This document shows positions 38,156-52,000 of a stretch of DNA of 64,000 nucleotides, one piece after another. How positions within the stretch are numbered: position 1 is the first letter of the stretch; every line of letters starts with the position of its first letter. Origin of the DNA: Squalus acanthias. Taxonomy: Eukaryota. The notes beneath the pieces were generated by a model, which searched no databases, had not been told where the DNA came from, and saw only the letters and a list, made by a program, of their open reading frames with translations. Both the position numbers and the translations under genes were made by a program. The stretch covers positions 39,868,001 through 39,932,000 of the forward strand of contig CM059432.1 of NCBI GenBank assembly GCA_030390025.1. The letters are read 5' to 3'.

Positions 38156-39546
38156 TAAGTATAAACAAAAGAGACAGACTGCCATCTGTCTTGCTTTCTC
38201 TGAAGCAACATTTAAGCAAATTCTAAACTTTAGTCCTAGGTTTTTGAGAGGCTGAGGACGCCAAATAAAAACACAGATGAAGCTACGCACAGAAGACAAC
38301 TTTATGAGTAATCAATTCTGAAATTTTTTGCAATTATTTCATGTTAATTTAAAATCTTAGCTTGTTTTTTTTACAAATTTTGGTTACTGAGGACAAATGG
38401 CACAGAATAATTTGGAAGTTTTCTGAACAATCTGATTGGTTCACTTGGCTAGCCTGCTGCTCAGTAAAACCTAATGTATAAATTTGCATGTCACGCAAAT
38501 CATCTGGAAAGAATTTGTTTAAAGTGGAATAAACCTGCATATCGTCCAATATGCAAGACGTTTGTAGCAGAAATTAATTTGACAATGATTAACCAAAGTG
38601 TTACACCGAAGCATATGACAGTGCATGCTATAAAGTATGTACATCTTGCGTGTAGTGTGCACTGTCAATCATACTTTTCTATGTCCGCATTGCCTCTTAC
38701 ATTTAAAGAGTAGGTAAATAAAGCCAATCATTTACAATCTAAAGAAAGACTTCCTTCAGCATCAGAACATACCTTGCCTCGAGTCAGAATGTCTAAGACC
38801 AATTAGCCTCAAAGTAATCTTAGCAAGCAGAAAATAAATCTTGTAGCTTCAAAGGGATAGGCCCCTCGAGCAGAATATGGCATAATGCTCATCCTTATAA
38901 AGCAGCGCATCATCCATCTTAACTTAAGCAACTCCACAGGAACACAATTGCAATAAATATACAGTATAGATTGAAAATTAACTGATGTGACCCTTCAGTA
39001 CATCAGAGAGGATTAAAGTGTCTTGTAATTTACACATGTAGGAGGGGGGAGTTATGCTGATTAAAGTATAAATTTATGCTTTTGAAATTGGTCATGCAAA
39101 GTTTATTTCATTTCAAAATGGACATCGAATTAAATTTTATGAACATATTACAAATGTTATTAAATTAGCTCCTTTATTCTACAATCCCATATAGCCAATA
39201 GTCTAAAATGGGAAGTCAAACCACTGAAGATTTGATTAACTTTTTTCAGAATGGTTTTATGCAAGTAATATTCCTCCTTTTTATGGAACTCAGTTTTGTC
39301 TTGAGAATATTCCAAAATATGCAATAGTGTAAGAGTTTGGTGCAGTTTCGTGAGGAAAATTTGATGGTAGTTTTTTTTTTAAGAATTGGCTGGAAAAAAA
39401 ATTAGAACCAAAAGTACCGTCCTCAGGTTGCAATCACTTCCCTTCATTACAAGTAAATAAACCAGTAAGCATTTAATTGGCTGTAAAGTGCTATTATGGC
39501 ATCTGAAGTAGTGAAAGGTGCTATATAAATGCAAGTCCTTTCCTGT

Positions 39547-39677
39547 ACAAAAGCAAAATACTGCGGATGCTGGAAATCTGAAATAAAAACAGAAAATGCT
39601 GGGAATACTCAGGTCAGGCAGCATCTGTGGAGAGAGAAACGGAGTTAATGTTTCAGGTCGATGACCTTTTGTCAGGA
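39547..39677 (-). mobile_element. Penelope-derived mini-insert beginning at a hammerhead-like motif
   Basis: CTGACAA-A-AGGTC-ATC-GACCT-GAAA-CATT-AACT. Flanking direct repeat CTTTCCTGTACAAAA (39538-39552) / CTTTCCTTTACAAAA (39678-39692). Inserted in a SINE tail. Confidence 0.75.
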
Positions 39678-40882
39678 CTTTCCTTTACAAAACCTTTTAT
39701 TGCTGAGGGGCACAATTACATTTTCAATCCCTTTAAGGATTGCAGGAAATTTCTGACATGCTAGATGATGTGAACAAGCTAATTTATGGATAGACAGACA
39801 GTAAAACTGATTTCAATATAGGAAAGTATTTTATTTCTAAATTTTGTAGTATACACTATATATTTATGGCCTGAAAAAACCATAAGTTAAAGTCATACCT
39901 TTTTCTTTATACACTACAGCCCTATTTATACTGTTAATCTGATCAAAACTAAAACCTGACCTTTCTTGGCTGGTGTCAGTTTAATGACTTGTTTAATAAA
40001 TAAACTAATCTCTTGGGCAAGTTAAATGCCAATTCAGATAGCGTAGTCTTAAATACCCGTTAGATTCACAGCTACATCCACTCCATACCACTCACTAAAT
40101 ATTTTGGTTTTTACATTGCATCTGTAAAAGAATTATGCCAGCGAGCCAGCTGTAAATTTAAAATAAAGCCACTTCATACAATCTGCCTACATGGATTCAC
40201 ACCGAGCTTGGATTAAACATCTCTTACAAATTTGTCAAATTACCACTCAATTAATTGATAACATTTTAAAAAAATGCACAAAATGTCTATTTCTAACATT
40301 GAAACTCAGGATCAGGAATATCATTGTCAAGTTAAATTTAAAGTTTCAGATCTGATCTGGCATTTACAGTTCACTGAAACATTTAATTTGCATGCTGACA
40401 TGTGGCAATTAATGCATTTATAATTCTTAACTATCTGAGATATTGATACACTTGTATCCTACTTGTGAACTGCGGTGGCAGGGGAACAAAGGCAAAAGAA
40501 AAGGCACAAACAATCTCAAACCTCAGTAACAGAGTTACAATCAACATTAGGGATTAACAGATTATTGGTATATGCAACATTGTGACCAAGGAAGGATTGT
40601 CAGTATTAGCACCAAGCACAAGGTCATTCTGCAATGACTCAATGTCATAAGACTTCACATTTGTCATTGGTTCTTTTATAAATTACAGACTTAATCCAGT
40701 TCTGTTGCTTCACCCATCACAAACCACTCCACCCCACACCACAAGAAAAAACCTGGTGCAAATGTGTGATAATCATCCTGTCCAGAGCACAGTGTATTTT
40801 TTCCTACCCCTGATTACTCAAACTATATTTAGGCTAATTTCACAATACAAATTAATTTAAAGTTAGACTTTTTGTATTAGGT

Positions 40883-42551
40883 CAGAGGTGTCAAAATGCA
40901 GCCCACAGAACAGTTACATCCAGCCCACAATGTGCTATGCCAAGTCTCCTGGGCACTGCTTCTTACAGCCTGGGAGACCTGCGTCTATAAACTTTGGGCC
41001 CAAATAGCACTCGTCTCCCACTTCGTGATGTCAGTGCCCCCTCCCGCTGAGGAGTGACTGGAAAGGAGAGCAGTTTGTGGAGAGACACTGAGCGGGGAGG
41101 TGCAGGGTTGGGTTGGTCTGGGTTATCAGGGCTACGGGGCAGAGACTGGGACTCAGGCAGGTGTTGGGGTCTGGAGATTGATCGGAGGAATAGATAGATT
41201 GGGAGGGGTGGTTTTGGGAGATGGGACTCGGGGAGGAGGGGGTGTCAGGAGATTGGGACAGGGGACTGTGACAGAGGGGCGCGTGGTTAGAAAGAGAGAC
41301 TGGGGAATCGGGGTTGGGGATGGGGGAGAGACATGGACTAGGGAATGGGGGTTGGGAGATTGGGGAGAACTAGGGATTGTAGTTGGGTTCTGTGGCCATG
41401 TTGCCCAGCATTTTCTGCAGAGCTGGGAGCAGCAGCACCACCAGCAACCTGGTGAGTGGGAGCATACAGAGAGGATCAGCCAGTAAAGGGGTGAGTGAAA
41501 CCTGGGGACCGTTTCCACTGGTGTGTGAATGGGGAACAAATGGACGGAGACCAAGTATTCTCACTGCGCTCAAGGAATTGCACACCGATTTTATATCGCA
41601 AACTCCAGCAGCTACCGTTCACGTCAGGCCAAGAGGGGTAGGGAACTGCGCATGGCACAGCCGCAAGCTACAGCCCTGCTGCTCCCTCAGCTCCTCTCAG
41701 GGCAACAAACTCTACGAACAACCCCGGGCTTGATGCCCGTCTCAACTGTTGGCTCGCTTGGGATCTTGCAGAATTTGTAGCTGGGGCCTGAGGCCAATAT
41801 GCCCTTGGGGGGGTGGGGGCACAAGGCCTCTTTAAGGGGCTGTGCGGCCCATTCACAGTTTTGCGCTTAACATTGAAAAAGCTGGTCCTGGGCTGCGCAG
41901 GACCGAGAGAGCTGCGCAACCACACAGCTTATAGGGAACGGTGCCGGAGGCTCATCTGAAATTGGACCTCAGGCCTCATTTTAATAATAGGTGAGCTACT
42001 GTCTCCAGAGGCAGCTTGCCAAGCATTGAGGATCAAATTTGGGCCTGCTCCATTGCCAGGCAGAAGCAAATGTAGGAGGGCCAAACATCAACCAGCTGTA
42101 GTGCTTTGAAGTTGGGAGAGGCCATTTTCCCTGCCATTTCTTCAGCAGTATTCTACGGTCCCTTTAAGGTCTACAATTTAGACCGCTATAGAACTGGAAA
42201 AACTAGATAGAGCTTGCACGACGCATGATTCACTTAGTTTTTCACGCATTTCACAGAAGAGTCCTGAATCAGGCACAGAACCCTACTTTGCATATTTAAA
42301 TTAATTCAACGCGGATTTCAGGCAGCCGCCATGGACGCCTAAAAGCGATGACTAATTTGGCGTCGGCTACGCTGCTGGTGCAGGATCGTGCCCCCAGAAA
42401 TTAGTATACACTGCGCCAGTTTTACGTCCAAAAGATGTGCAAAATGCACACTAAATTACTAGTGTCCACATAATTTTTGTTGAAAGTGGCCCACGCCAAA
42501 TGCCAGGATGTCAAATCAGGCCCACCATGTAAATTGAGTTTGACACCCCTG
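40883..42551. mobile_element. 1.67-kb non-autonomous hAT (Charlie-like) DNA transposon
   Basis: TIR CAGAGGTGTCAAA / TTTGACACCCCTG. 8-bp TSD TATTAGGT (40875-40882) / TATTAAGT (42552-42559). Subterminal GCCCAC repeats. No transposase. Confidence 0.8.
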
Positions 42552-43701
42552 TATTAAGTCAATTCATGAGGGTGACAGGGAGAGGGAAAGGAGGATTAGG
42601 AGAGAATGGGCAAGGGGGATTTGCCTCAGTAGGGGCAGAAGGTAAGAGTACAAATTTTGTGGGGTTGTGGGTGTGTGAAATTTGCTGTAGTGCAGGTTAT
42701 ATGATTGAGGTGTGATTTCTGTTTCAGCTGCCACTGCCGGGGGGGGCGCGGAGCTGCAATTTTGGCCCAGTAAGGTAGGAGATAGTCAGATTACAGTTTC
42801 AGCTGCAGGGAGGCAGGAGGAAGGGCTGAAGCTCAGAAAATGTGTCTCAACTTTACAGGATGGGGGGGCTCGGTCCAGTAAAGCGGTGTCCTTAGTTCTG
42901 AGCTGGACAATCTTCTTTGCATGGTGGTGCCACCCAGAGCAAAAAAATAGGGAATTAATTACATCTCCACACGCTGGCCCAATTATCAACTGCCTTTTAA
43001 CTCCCCTGAACTGAAAGAATACATTAGGTCAAGACCCATATGCAATTCCATGGGAGATTGACTAGTATAGTGTTATATAGGGCATGGTTGGGGAAAGCCA
43101 GTATGTAGAGAAGGTTTTCCATTGTTATGATAGTAGAAGATTGATTTATATGTTTAAAAAAATCTTTGAAGGTGTTTGAAGGGTTCAGCAGCGGAACGTA
43201 TAATACATGTAGTTGTTTATAAAGCAGTGAAAAGGATCTAATTTGGTGAGGTTGACAGAGTGTCTCTGGAGCAGCTCTACTATTTGAAACTCGTATTTTG
43301 CTTAGTTTGCACAGCAAGTAGGGGCTAGGTTTTTACTTTCTAAAAAAAAGGACATTTTGTATTTCAAAAATCATAGTTTGGCAGGGGATACATTAACAGA
43401 TTAAAATAATTGCGAGAATGCGTGCACAAAATGGAAGTTAGTTAATGTTATTTGTTTAGGGTGGAGGGCTGGGGAAAAATCAACTGAAGGCTCCAGACTG
43501 GAAAAATGGAGAATGGCTGGCAAGAGAAGCATGTACCAGACGAGGAAGAGGAGACAGAGAGACCATCAAAGAGATGCAGCTGCCAATTGAAGCGGGAGGC
43601 TATCAGAGGTGAATGAAAAAATAGAATCCATATAAATAGAGATACAAAATAAAGGGTCAATCACACTAATAGGTGTCGTCTTCAGACCACCTAATAGTGG
43701 A

Positions 43702-44687
43702 AGAACATAAGAAATAAGAGCAGGAGTAGGCCATACAGCCCCTCGCGCCTGCTCCGCCATTCATAAGTTCATTGCTTATCGACCTCAACTCCACATCCCT
43801 TGATTCCCCGAGAGTCCAAAAATCCATCTATCTCAGCCTTGAATATACTCAAAGACTCAGCATTCACAGCCCTCCGAGGCAGAGAATTCCAAAGATTCAC
43901 AACCCTCTGAGTGAAGAAATTCCTCCTCATCTCGGTCTTAAATGGCCTACCCCTTATCCTGAGACTATACCCCCTAGTTCTAGACACTCCAGCCAGGGGG
44001 AACAACCTCTCAGCATCTACCCTGTCAACCCCCTTTAGAATCTTGTATGTTTCAATTAGATCACCTCTCATTCTTCTAAACTCCAGAGAGTATAGGCCCA
44101 TTCTACACAATCTCTCATCATAGGACAGCCCTCTCATCCCAGGAATCAATCTAGTGAACCTTCGTTGCACTGCCTCCAAGGCAAGTATATCCTTCCTTAG
44201 ATAAGGAGACCAAAACTGTGCACAGTGCTCCAGGTGTGGTCTCACCAAGGCCCTGTACAATTGTAGCAAGACTTCCTTACTCTTGTACTCCAACCCCCTT
44301 GCAATAAAGGCCAACATGCTATTTGCCTTCCTTATTGCTTGCTGTACCTGCATGCTAGCTTTCGGTGTTTCCTGCACGAGACCAACATTTGAAAGTTTAC
44401 CATTTAAAAACTCTGTTTTTCTATTCTTCCTACCAAAGTGAATAACCTCACATTTCCCTACATTATACTCCATCTGCCGCCTTACTGCCCACTCAGTCTA
44501 TCTATATCCCTTTGCAGACTCTGTGTTCTCCTCACAGCTTACTGTCCCACGCAGCTTTGCATCAGCAGCAAACTTGGATACATTACACTCGGTCCCTTCA
44601 TCTAGGTCATTAATATAGATTGTAAATAGCTGAGGCCCCAACACTGATCCTTGCGGCACCCCACTAGTTACAGCCTGTCAACCTGAA
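43702..44687 (-). mobile_element. Younger CR1 3' portion inserted antisense into the CR1 above
   Basis: ORF 43769..44473 is a CR1 ORF2 C-terminus. CR1 tail at 43702-43770. Confidence 0.9.
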
Positions 44688-46521
44688 AAAGAGGGGTGGA
44701 GAAAGAAATATGCAGACAAATTAGGGAAATGAGTAAAAAACATAGAATAATCATGGGGGATTTCAACTACCCCGATATTAATTGGACAGAAGAGGCAGGT
44801 AACGGGGATAAGGGAATGGAGTTCCTACAATGTGTACAGGACTCCTTTCTAACCCAATATGTAAAAAGCCCAACAAGGGAGGATTCGCTATTGGATCTAG
44901 TAATGGGGAATGATAAGAGAAGTAAAAGTAGGGGAACATCTAGGCAATAGTGACCATAATATAATACGCTTTAAGATGATAAGTGAGAAGGACATAAGTA
45001 TGATGAAAACCAGGGTAATAGATTGAAGAAAAGCTGATTGAGGGGCTGAGAATAGAACTTGGGAAAATAAAATGGGCAACAATATTGGCAAACAATCATG
45101 TAGAACAGCAATGGGAAACACTTAAAACGGTGTTCAACAGAGTGCAGGAATATATTCCGCTAAAAGGAACAAACTAATGAGACTCCATGGATGAATAAAG
45201 CCATAAGGGAACAATTGAGGGTCAGAAAAGAGACATGCATTAAGTACATAGACAGCAGGGGAGTGTATGATAAGGGAGAATATGAAGAGATTAAGAGAGA
45301 AGTCAAAAAAAATTAGGAAGGCAAAGTGCAACTATGAAATTAAATTATCAAGGAACATAAAACAAAATAGTAAAATATTTTACAGGCACATCAATAAAAA
45401 AAAGGTTGGGATGGGAATAGGGCCATTAGGGGATAGACAGGATAATACCACAGGTAACGATAGAGATGGCAGAAATATTAAATAATTACTTTGCTTCAGT
45501 ATTTGCCAGGGAGATAGAACGGGTGGACATGACATTGGATGATGAGATTAGTAATGAGATAAGTGTATTCAAAATAAAGAGAGGATATATGAAATAAACT
45601 AAATCAAACTCAAAGAGGATAAAACCCACATTTTAAAAGAATCTAGGGAAGAGATAGCAGAGGCATTACAACACATATTTAATAATTCGTTAGAAGGTGG
45701 TGTAGTGCCAGAGGACTAGCAGATAGCTAACATAATACCTATATTTAAGGGGGGATAGAACATGTCCAGGGAATTATAGACCAGTCAGCTTAACATCGGT
45801 GGTAGGAAAAATAATGGAATCCGTACTAAAAAGGAGAAAATAGAAGAACATCTAGAAACCAAAAATATCGTAATGAATAGTCAGCGTGGATTTCAAAAGG
45901 GAAATTCTTGCTTGACTAACCTCATTAAATTTTTTGAAGAGGTAGCAGAGAGAGTAGACAATGGTAATGCAGTAGATGTAATTTATCTAGATTTTCTAAA
46001 GGCCTTCGATAAGGTACCCCATAATAGACTAATGAACAAGGTCAGAGAATGCGGAGTCAGGTGACAAGTAGCAGAATGGATAGCTAGGTGGCTTCAAGAC
46101 AGAAAGTAGAGAGTAGGGGTAAAAGGTAGCTATTCGCAGTGGCAGAAGATGAGTAATGGTGTTCCACAAGGATCAGTGCTGGGACCATTGTTGTTCACAA
46201 TTTAGACTTGGGAATCAAAAACACAATTTCTAAATTTGTGAATGACACCAAATTGGGGGGACAGTCAATACTGAGGAGGACTGCAACAAATTACAGGAGG
46301 AAATTAATAAACTTGCAGAATGGGCATATAATTGGCAAATGAATTTCAACACAGATAAATGTGAGGTATTACATTTACATTTTGGTAGGAAGAATAGGGA
46401 GGTCACATTACTTGGAGGGTGCGAGTCTAGGTGGGGTAGAGGAACAAAGGGATCTCAGTGTTCAAATACACAAATCACTAAAAGTTGCGACACAGGTTAG
46501 CAAGGCCATAAAAAAAGCAAA

Positions 46522-46610
46522 AGTGAGAAGTCGCACAACACCAGGTCATAGTCCAACAGTTTTATTTGAAATCACAAGCTTTCGGAGCGCTGCTCCTTTG
46601 TCAGGTGAAG
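46522..46610 (-). mobile_element. Second-family Penelope-type mini-insert with hammerhead-like motif at 46572-46608
   Basis: TCAC-CTGACAA-A-GGAGC-AGC-GCTCC-GAAA-GCTT-GTGA followed by AATAAA. 15-bp TSD CATAAAAAAAGCAAA at 46507-46521 and 46671-46685. Confidence 0.75.
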
Positions 46611-48259
46611 CCTAACTAGAGGCCATCAATATAAGATAGTCACCAAGAAATCCAATAGGGAACTCCGCATCATAAAAAAAGCAAACCAAGCACTAGGGTT
46701 TATTTCTAGAGGGATAGAATTGAAAAGTAGGGAAGTTATGCTAAACCTCTATCGAACCTTGGTTAGACCACACTTAAGGTACTGCGTACAGTTCTGGTCG
46801 CCATATTATAAAAAGGATATAGAGGCACTGGAGAGGGTGCAGAGAAGATTTATAAGGATAATACCAGAAATGCAAGGGTATACATATCAGGAAAGGATGA
46901 ACAGGCTGGGTCTCTTTTTGTTTGAAAAAAGGCTGAGGGGCGAGAGGTCTTTAAAATTATGAAAAATTTTGATAGTGGATAGAGAGAGAATGTTTCCACT
47001 TGTGGGGAACAGCATAATTAGAGGCCATCAATATAAGATAGTCACCAAGAAATCCAATAGGGAACTCAGAAGAAACTTCTTTACCCAAAGAGTGGTGAGA
47101 ATGTGGAACTCACTACCACGGAGTGGTTGAAGCAAAAAAGATGCATTTAATGGGAGGCTGGACAAACATATGAGAGAGAAAGGAATAGAGGGTTATGCTG
47201 ATAGATTTAGATGAGGAAAGACGGGAGGAGGCTCGAGTGGAGCATAAACGCCAGCATGGACTGGTTGGGCCGAATGGCCTGTTTCTGTGCCGTATATCCA
47301 ATGTAATCCTATGTAAAAGTGGAGAGGTGGCGAAGGAAACAGACGATGGGCAGTGAATAGCAGTGGGAAGCCGTCAGAGTTGAAGACTGCAGTCAGAAGC
47401 ATAGGCAGGGAGGTTGTGAACAATGCAGAACAGTGGGAATTGCAAGAGCCAATGATTAACAGAAATCTTGGGTTGTCATTCAGAGAGGGTGATCCATCCA
47501 TGGGACAGAGGGCATCGTAGGACAGTTGAGAGGCGAGAAAGAGGTGTGCTTAAAAAACTAAACTGAAGATTTAGAAGGAAAAGAATGTTGAAGTCCTACA
47601 GTGGAGCACCATAGGGAAGGGGGATGTCACCATAGATGGATGTCATATCAAGAAGTCTTATGGTTTCAGTCAATAAAGGTCAAGAAAACCTCCTGCTGAT
47701 CACCACATATTTAAACTGACAAATCAGTTCTCCTTCGGAGGAAACCCAGAGGAAAGCAAGGGCGCAGAACGTACTCAGAGTGGGTTTTTTCAATATTCAC
47801 CAAAATTTGCTCAGTTGTACCAACCGAGCTGGCCGAGTCCTGAAGGATATAGCTGCCAGAGTGGGCTTGCATCAGATGTGAGAACACCAACACGAGGAAG
47901 TAACCTACTTTACCTCGTCCTCATTAACCCGTTGCAGAATCAACTGCCCATGATAACTGTGACCAACACATGGTCCTTATGAAGGGAAAGCCTCATCTCT
48001 ATCGTGAGGACATCCTCCAGCATGTAGAGTGGCAATACCATGATAAGTGAAACAAACTAAGCATAACTCTAGCAGCCCAAAAATGGGAACCCGTGATGCG
48101 CTGGAGCCAACAGCAGCAGCTGAATTGTATACAACCACAATCTAATCACATCTTTCACTCCTTGATCACTATTAAGCCAGCAGACTAAACCCTGGTTCAT
48201 TGTGGAGTGTGAAAGGGTGTCCAGCACTCAGCATACCCAAAAATGAAGAACTTACCCAG

Positions 48260-49075
48260 TGAATCATAAAATCATACAGCACAGGAGGCCATTCGGCACA
48301 TCGTGCCTAAGAAGAGCTATCCAATTAGTACCACTCTCCCGCTCTTTCCCCATTTTACCTTTCAAATATATATCTCATTCCCTTTTGAAAGTTACTATTG
48401 AATCTACATCCACCATCCTTTCGGGCAGTGTATTCCAGATCATCATCATCATCTTCTTGGGCAGTCCTTCGGAACCGAGGATGACTTGCTTCCACATTAA
48501 AAATTAGTTCTCAGGTGACCGATGAGTCCAATGCGGGACCTACATTCTCTGTCACAGGTGGGGCAGACGGTGGTTGAAGGGGCGGGTGGGTGTGCGCTGC
48601 TTGCGCTTGCTCCCGGCGAAGAGACTCGAGGTATTCGGCGCCTTCCCGGATGCTTCTCCTCCACTTTGTGCGGTCTTGGGCCAAGGATTCCCAGGTGTCG
48701 GTGGGGATGTTGCACTTTTTCAAGGAGGCTTTGAGGGTGTCCTTGAAGCGTTTCCTCTGCCCACCTGGGGCTCTCTTGCCATGTCGGAGCTCCGAGTAGA
48801 GCGCTTGTTTTGGGAGTCTCGTATCGGGCATGCGGACAATGTGACCCGTCCATCGGAGCTGATTGAGCGTGGTCAAAGCTTCGATGCTGGGGATGTTGGC
48901 CTGAGCGAGAACACTGACGTTGGTGCGCCTATCCTGCCAATGGATTTGCAGGATCTTGCGGAGGCTACCTGCTGTACATGGACCATGTACAGCAGGCACC
49001 TCAAAGCACTGGAGAGGTACCACCAACGCTGCCTCCGCATTCCAGATCACAAAACAACTCGCTGCATTAAAATAA
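48260..49075 (-). mobile_element. CR1 3' fragment split by an RTE
   Basis: Homologous to 53820-54030; continuous once the RTE and one TSD copy are removed. Confidence 0.7.
48443..49038 (-). mobile_element. RTE-clade LINE 3' end with a 5' inversion
   Basis: LRKILQIHWQDRRTN...QLRWTGHIVRMPDTRLPKQALY...GGQRKRFKDTLK, a C2H2 motif CPTCDRECRSRIGLIGHLRT and a (GAT)n tail. TSD ATTCCAGATCA at 48432-48442 and 49039-49049. Confidence 0.9.
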
Positions 49076-52000
49076 ATTATGCCCTTTATACCCAAGTCCA
49101 GGCGAAGCTACGACAGAGGTACATAGACTCCCCAACCATTGGATCAGTCAAGAATGGTGTTAGGTAATCAAGCAACAGGAAAAGCAAGCTCTATTAACAG
49201 CCCACCCTCAACCATGGCTTGCACATGAGTCAAGACAGAATTGGTGATCGCAAGCATCTTCGGTCAAAGGTATTGTGTGGTGATCCTTCTCTGCTTCCCC
49301 CACCCCAGATACCATTATCCAGCCAATTGGATCCACTCCGCATGACTTAATGTGGCTGGGTGCTCTGGACATAGCAAAGGCTATAGACCATGACAATGCC
49401 CACCTGTAGTGCTGAAGATTTGTGCACCAAAGTTAGTTAGTCCCCTAGCCAATCTGTTCCAGTACTACTATGACACTGGCATCTACTCAATGTGAAAGAT
49501 TGCCCTGGTTTGCACTATACATATAAGCAGGATAAATCTAACCCAGCCAATCAGTAAAGCAACAGAAGGCGTCAACAAAAGTGCCATCAAGCAACACCGA
49601 TTCACCAATAATCTCTCCACTGACACTCAGTTCAAGCTCCAATAGAACCACTTGGCTTCAGATCTCATCAGCGTTAATCCAGACATGGCCACAGAGCTAA
49701 ATGCCAGAAGAGACTTGAGAGTAGCCGCCCTCGACAGCAAGGCAGCATCTGACCAAGAATGGCACGAAGCAGCCCTAGCAAAGTTGAAATCAGCGGAGAG
49801 TGAACAGGAAAACCCTCCAGTGGGTAGAGTCATACCTGAAGCAAAGGAAAATGGCTGTGGCTGTCTGAGGTCAGTCATCACAGCCCCAGACATCACTGCA
49901 GGAGTTTCCCAGAGAAACATCCTTGGCCCAACCAGCTCCAGCTGGCACAATGACCTTCCCTCTTTCATAATGTCAGGCAGTTTGCTGATGATTCCACAGT
50001 GTTCAGTTCCATTTACAACTCCTTTGATAATAAAGCAGCTCATGCCAGCCTACAGCAGGACCTGTATAACATCCAGGCTTGGGGTAGCATTCACACCACA
50101 TAGTGCTAGGTAATGACCATCTCCAACAGAAGAAAGCCCAGTCAGCTCCCCTTGACCTAATGGCACCACCATCAACATCTTAGGAAGGGAGGTCACCATA
50201 CATCAACATCTTAGGAAGGGAGGTCACCATTAACTACAAGCCATACAAACACTGTAGCTACAAGAGTAGGGCAGAGGTTGGATACTCTGTGACAAGTTGC
50301 TAATCTTCTGATCCCTCAAAACCTCTTCACAATCTACAAGACTTAAGTCAGGATTGTGATAGAATACTCACCAATTGCACAGCTGATGGGCACAGATGCA
50401 ATACTATCCAGGACAGAGCAGTTCACTTGATTGCTGCCCCGGCCACTGGATTCCAATATCTATCCCCTAAACAACTGGTGCATTGCAACACATCACCAAG
50501 GTTACTTCAAAACACCCCCTCCGAGAAGGACAACCCATGACATTGATGGTGAACACCATCACCTGCAATTCCCCCTTCCGCCCCCCCCCCCCACCACACC
50601 CACCCCCAAGTCACACACCATCCTGTCTTGGACACATATCGTCATTCCTTCGTGGGTCAATATCCTAGAATGGTGTACATAACACTATTTGGGGAGCATC
50701 ATCACAAGGACTGCCACAGTTCAAGAAGAAAGCACACACTACCTTCTCAGGGAAACTAGGAATGGATAATAAATTTGGCCTTGCCAGCATCGCCCACAGC
50801 CGGAGAACAAATAATTTTTAAAAGTGCACACAACTAACTTCTTCAGGTAACAATCTGGAAAGATTTTACCTACCTCCAAAACATTCAAATAAACTTCCAG
50901 AAAAGACATCCAACTTACAACCTACATCATTAAACACTAACCAGTTCCTTTCCACATGATGGCATTTCTAGTCTCAAAAACTCAGGACATAGACCACATC
51001 ATTCAATCACCCTTGCCTAAAAATTTTCATAACCTTCAATTCTATTACCACATTGTAGTCAGATATTTACCCAGATTTTTTCTTTGAAACAATTATGTAC
51101 TGCAGTTTTAACACTTTTGCTGCAAACCTATTCCACATATCCACTATTCTGTACGAGTGGAACATTATAACTGCACTTGAGGCTTAGTAATGTTGAAGAC
51201 CCCACAATCTGGTTTTCACCACTTAGAGATCCTCTGTGACTGCTGTGTGCTTTCCTTCATCAAGCCCTTAGCCTCTTCTTCCTTTGACACTTGATAATTC
51301 CAGTGACTCGCCACAGCAGTCCACCTTCGAGCACTATTCTTTCCTTTACACGGAAAACATCACAAGTCATTTTACAGAGGGAGGAAGAAAAAATAAGGAT
51401 AGATAAGGGAACGGATAACTGAGCCATGCAGGCTGAAATTAGGATGTGCATTAGAACTATTTGCTCGCATGGAGGATAAGCGCCGACAGACTGGTTGGGC
51501 CAAATGGCCCATTTCCGTGTTGTAATTTCTAAGTATTTCTATATATTGTTGGTATTATTAAAACTTTAGACAGTTACCCTGAATTTTAATAGGAAAATTA
51601 TTGACTTCCACTATATAGTTTGCATTATAAAGATGTAAATATATTTTACGCAAGATCTATATAGTACTTTTAGGATACAGTCAAAACACTGTACAAATTG
51701 GGATTATTAAATAGCCGATTTATTCACTACACAAACTAATCCTCATCAAGTAAACCATTCGTTTCTTAAGCATACTGATCCAGAGCACAGCTGCAGTGTT
51801 GCCTCACCTACATAAAACTTTCTAGAAATTTAGCATCGGTGAGGAGGACTCAGAACTTAACTAAATTATAAGTACTGTACATACAAAGCTCCACTTCAGA
51901 TGACTAATTCTTGGCATTGTAAACTTTTCCATAAATACTAACCATCAGCCATAAATAGCCCACTAAGTTTCCCGTAAGAAAGTCACCAGAATTTCAGTCA

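Larger units (their letters stand above)
43500..47315 (+). mobile_element. CR1 LINE ORF2 (APE plus RT), degraded, with nested insertions
   Basis: [57 protein letters not shown]. Tail at 47265-47315. Confidence 0.9.
47820..50812 (+). mobile_element. Old Zenon-like CR1 LINE, degraded, with nested CR1 and RTE
   Basis: ELNARRDLRVAALDSKAASD, DITAGVSQRNILGP. Tail ATAAATTTGGCCTTGCCAGCATCGCCCACA. Confidence 0.7.

Noticed and set aside
41100..41554. Gly-rich and Pro-rich ORFs
   Set aside because: By-products of a G-rich low-complexity tract inside the hAT element.
50170..50230. 31-bp tandem duplication
   Set aside because: Local slippage within a dead LINE, with no sign of function.
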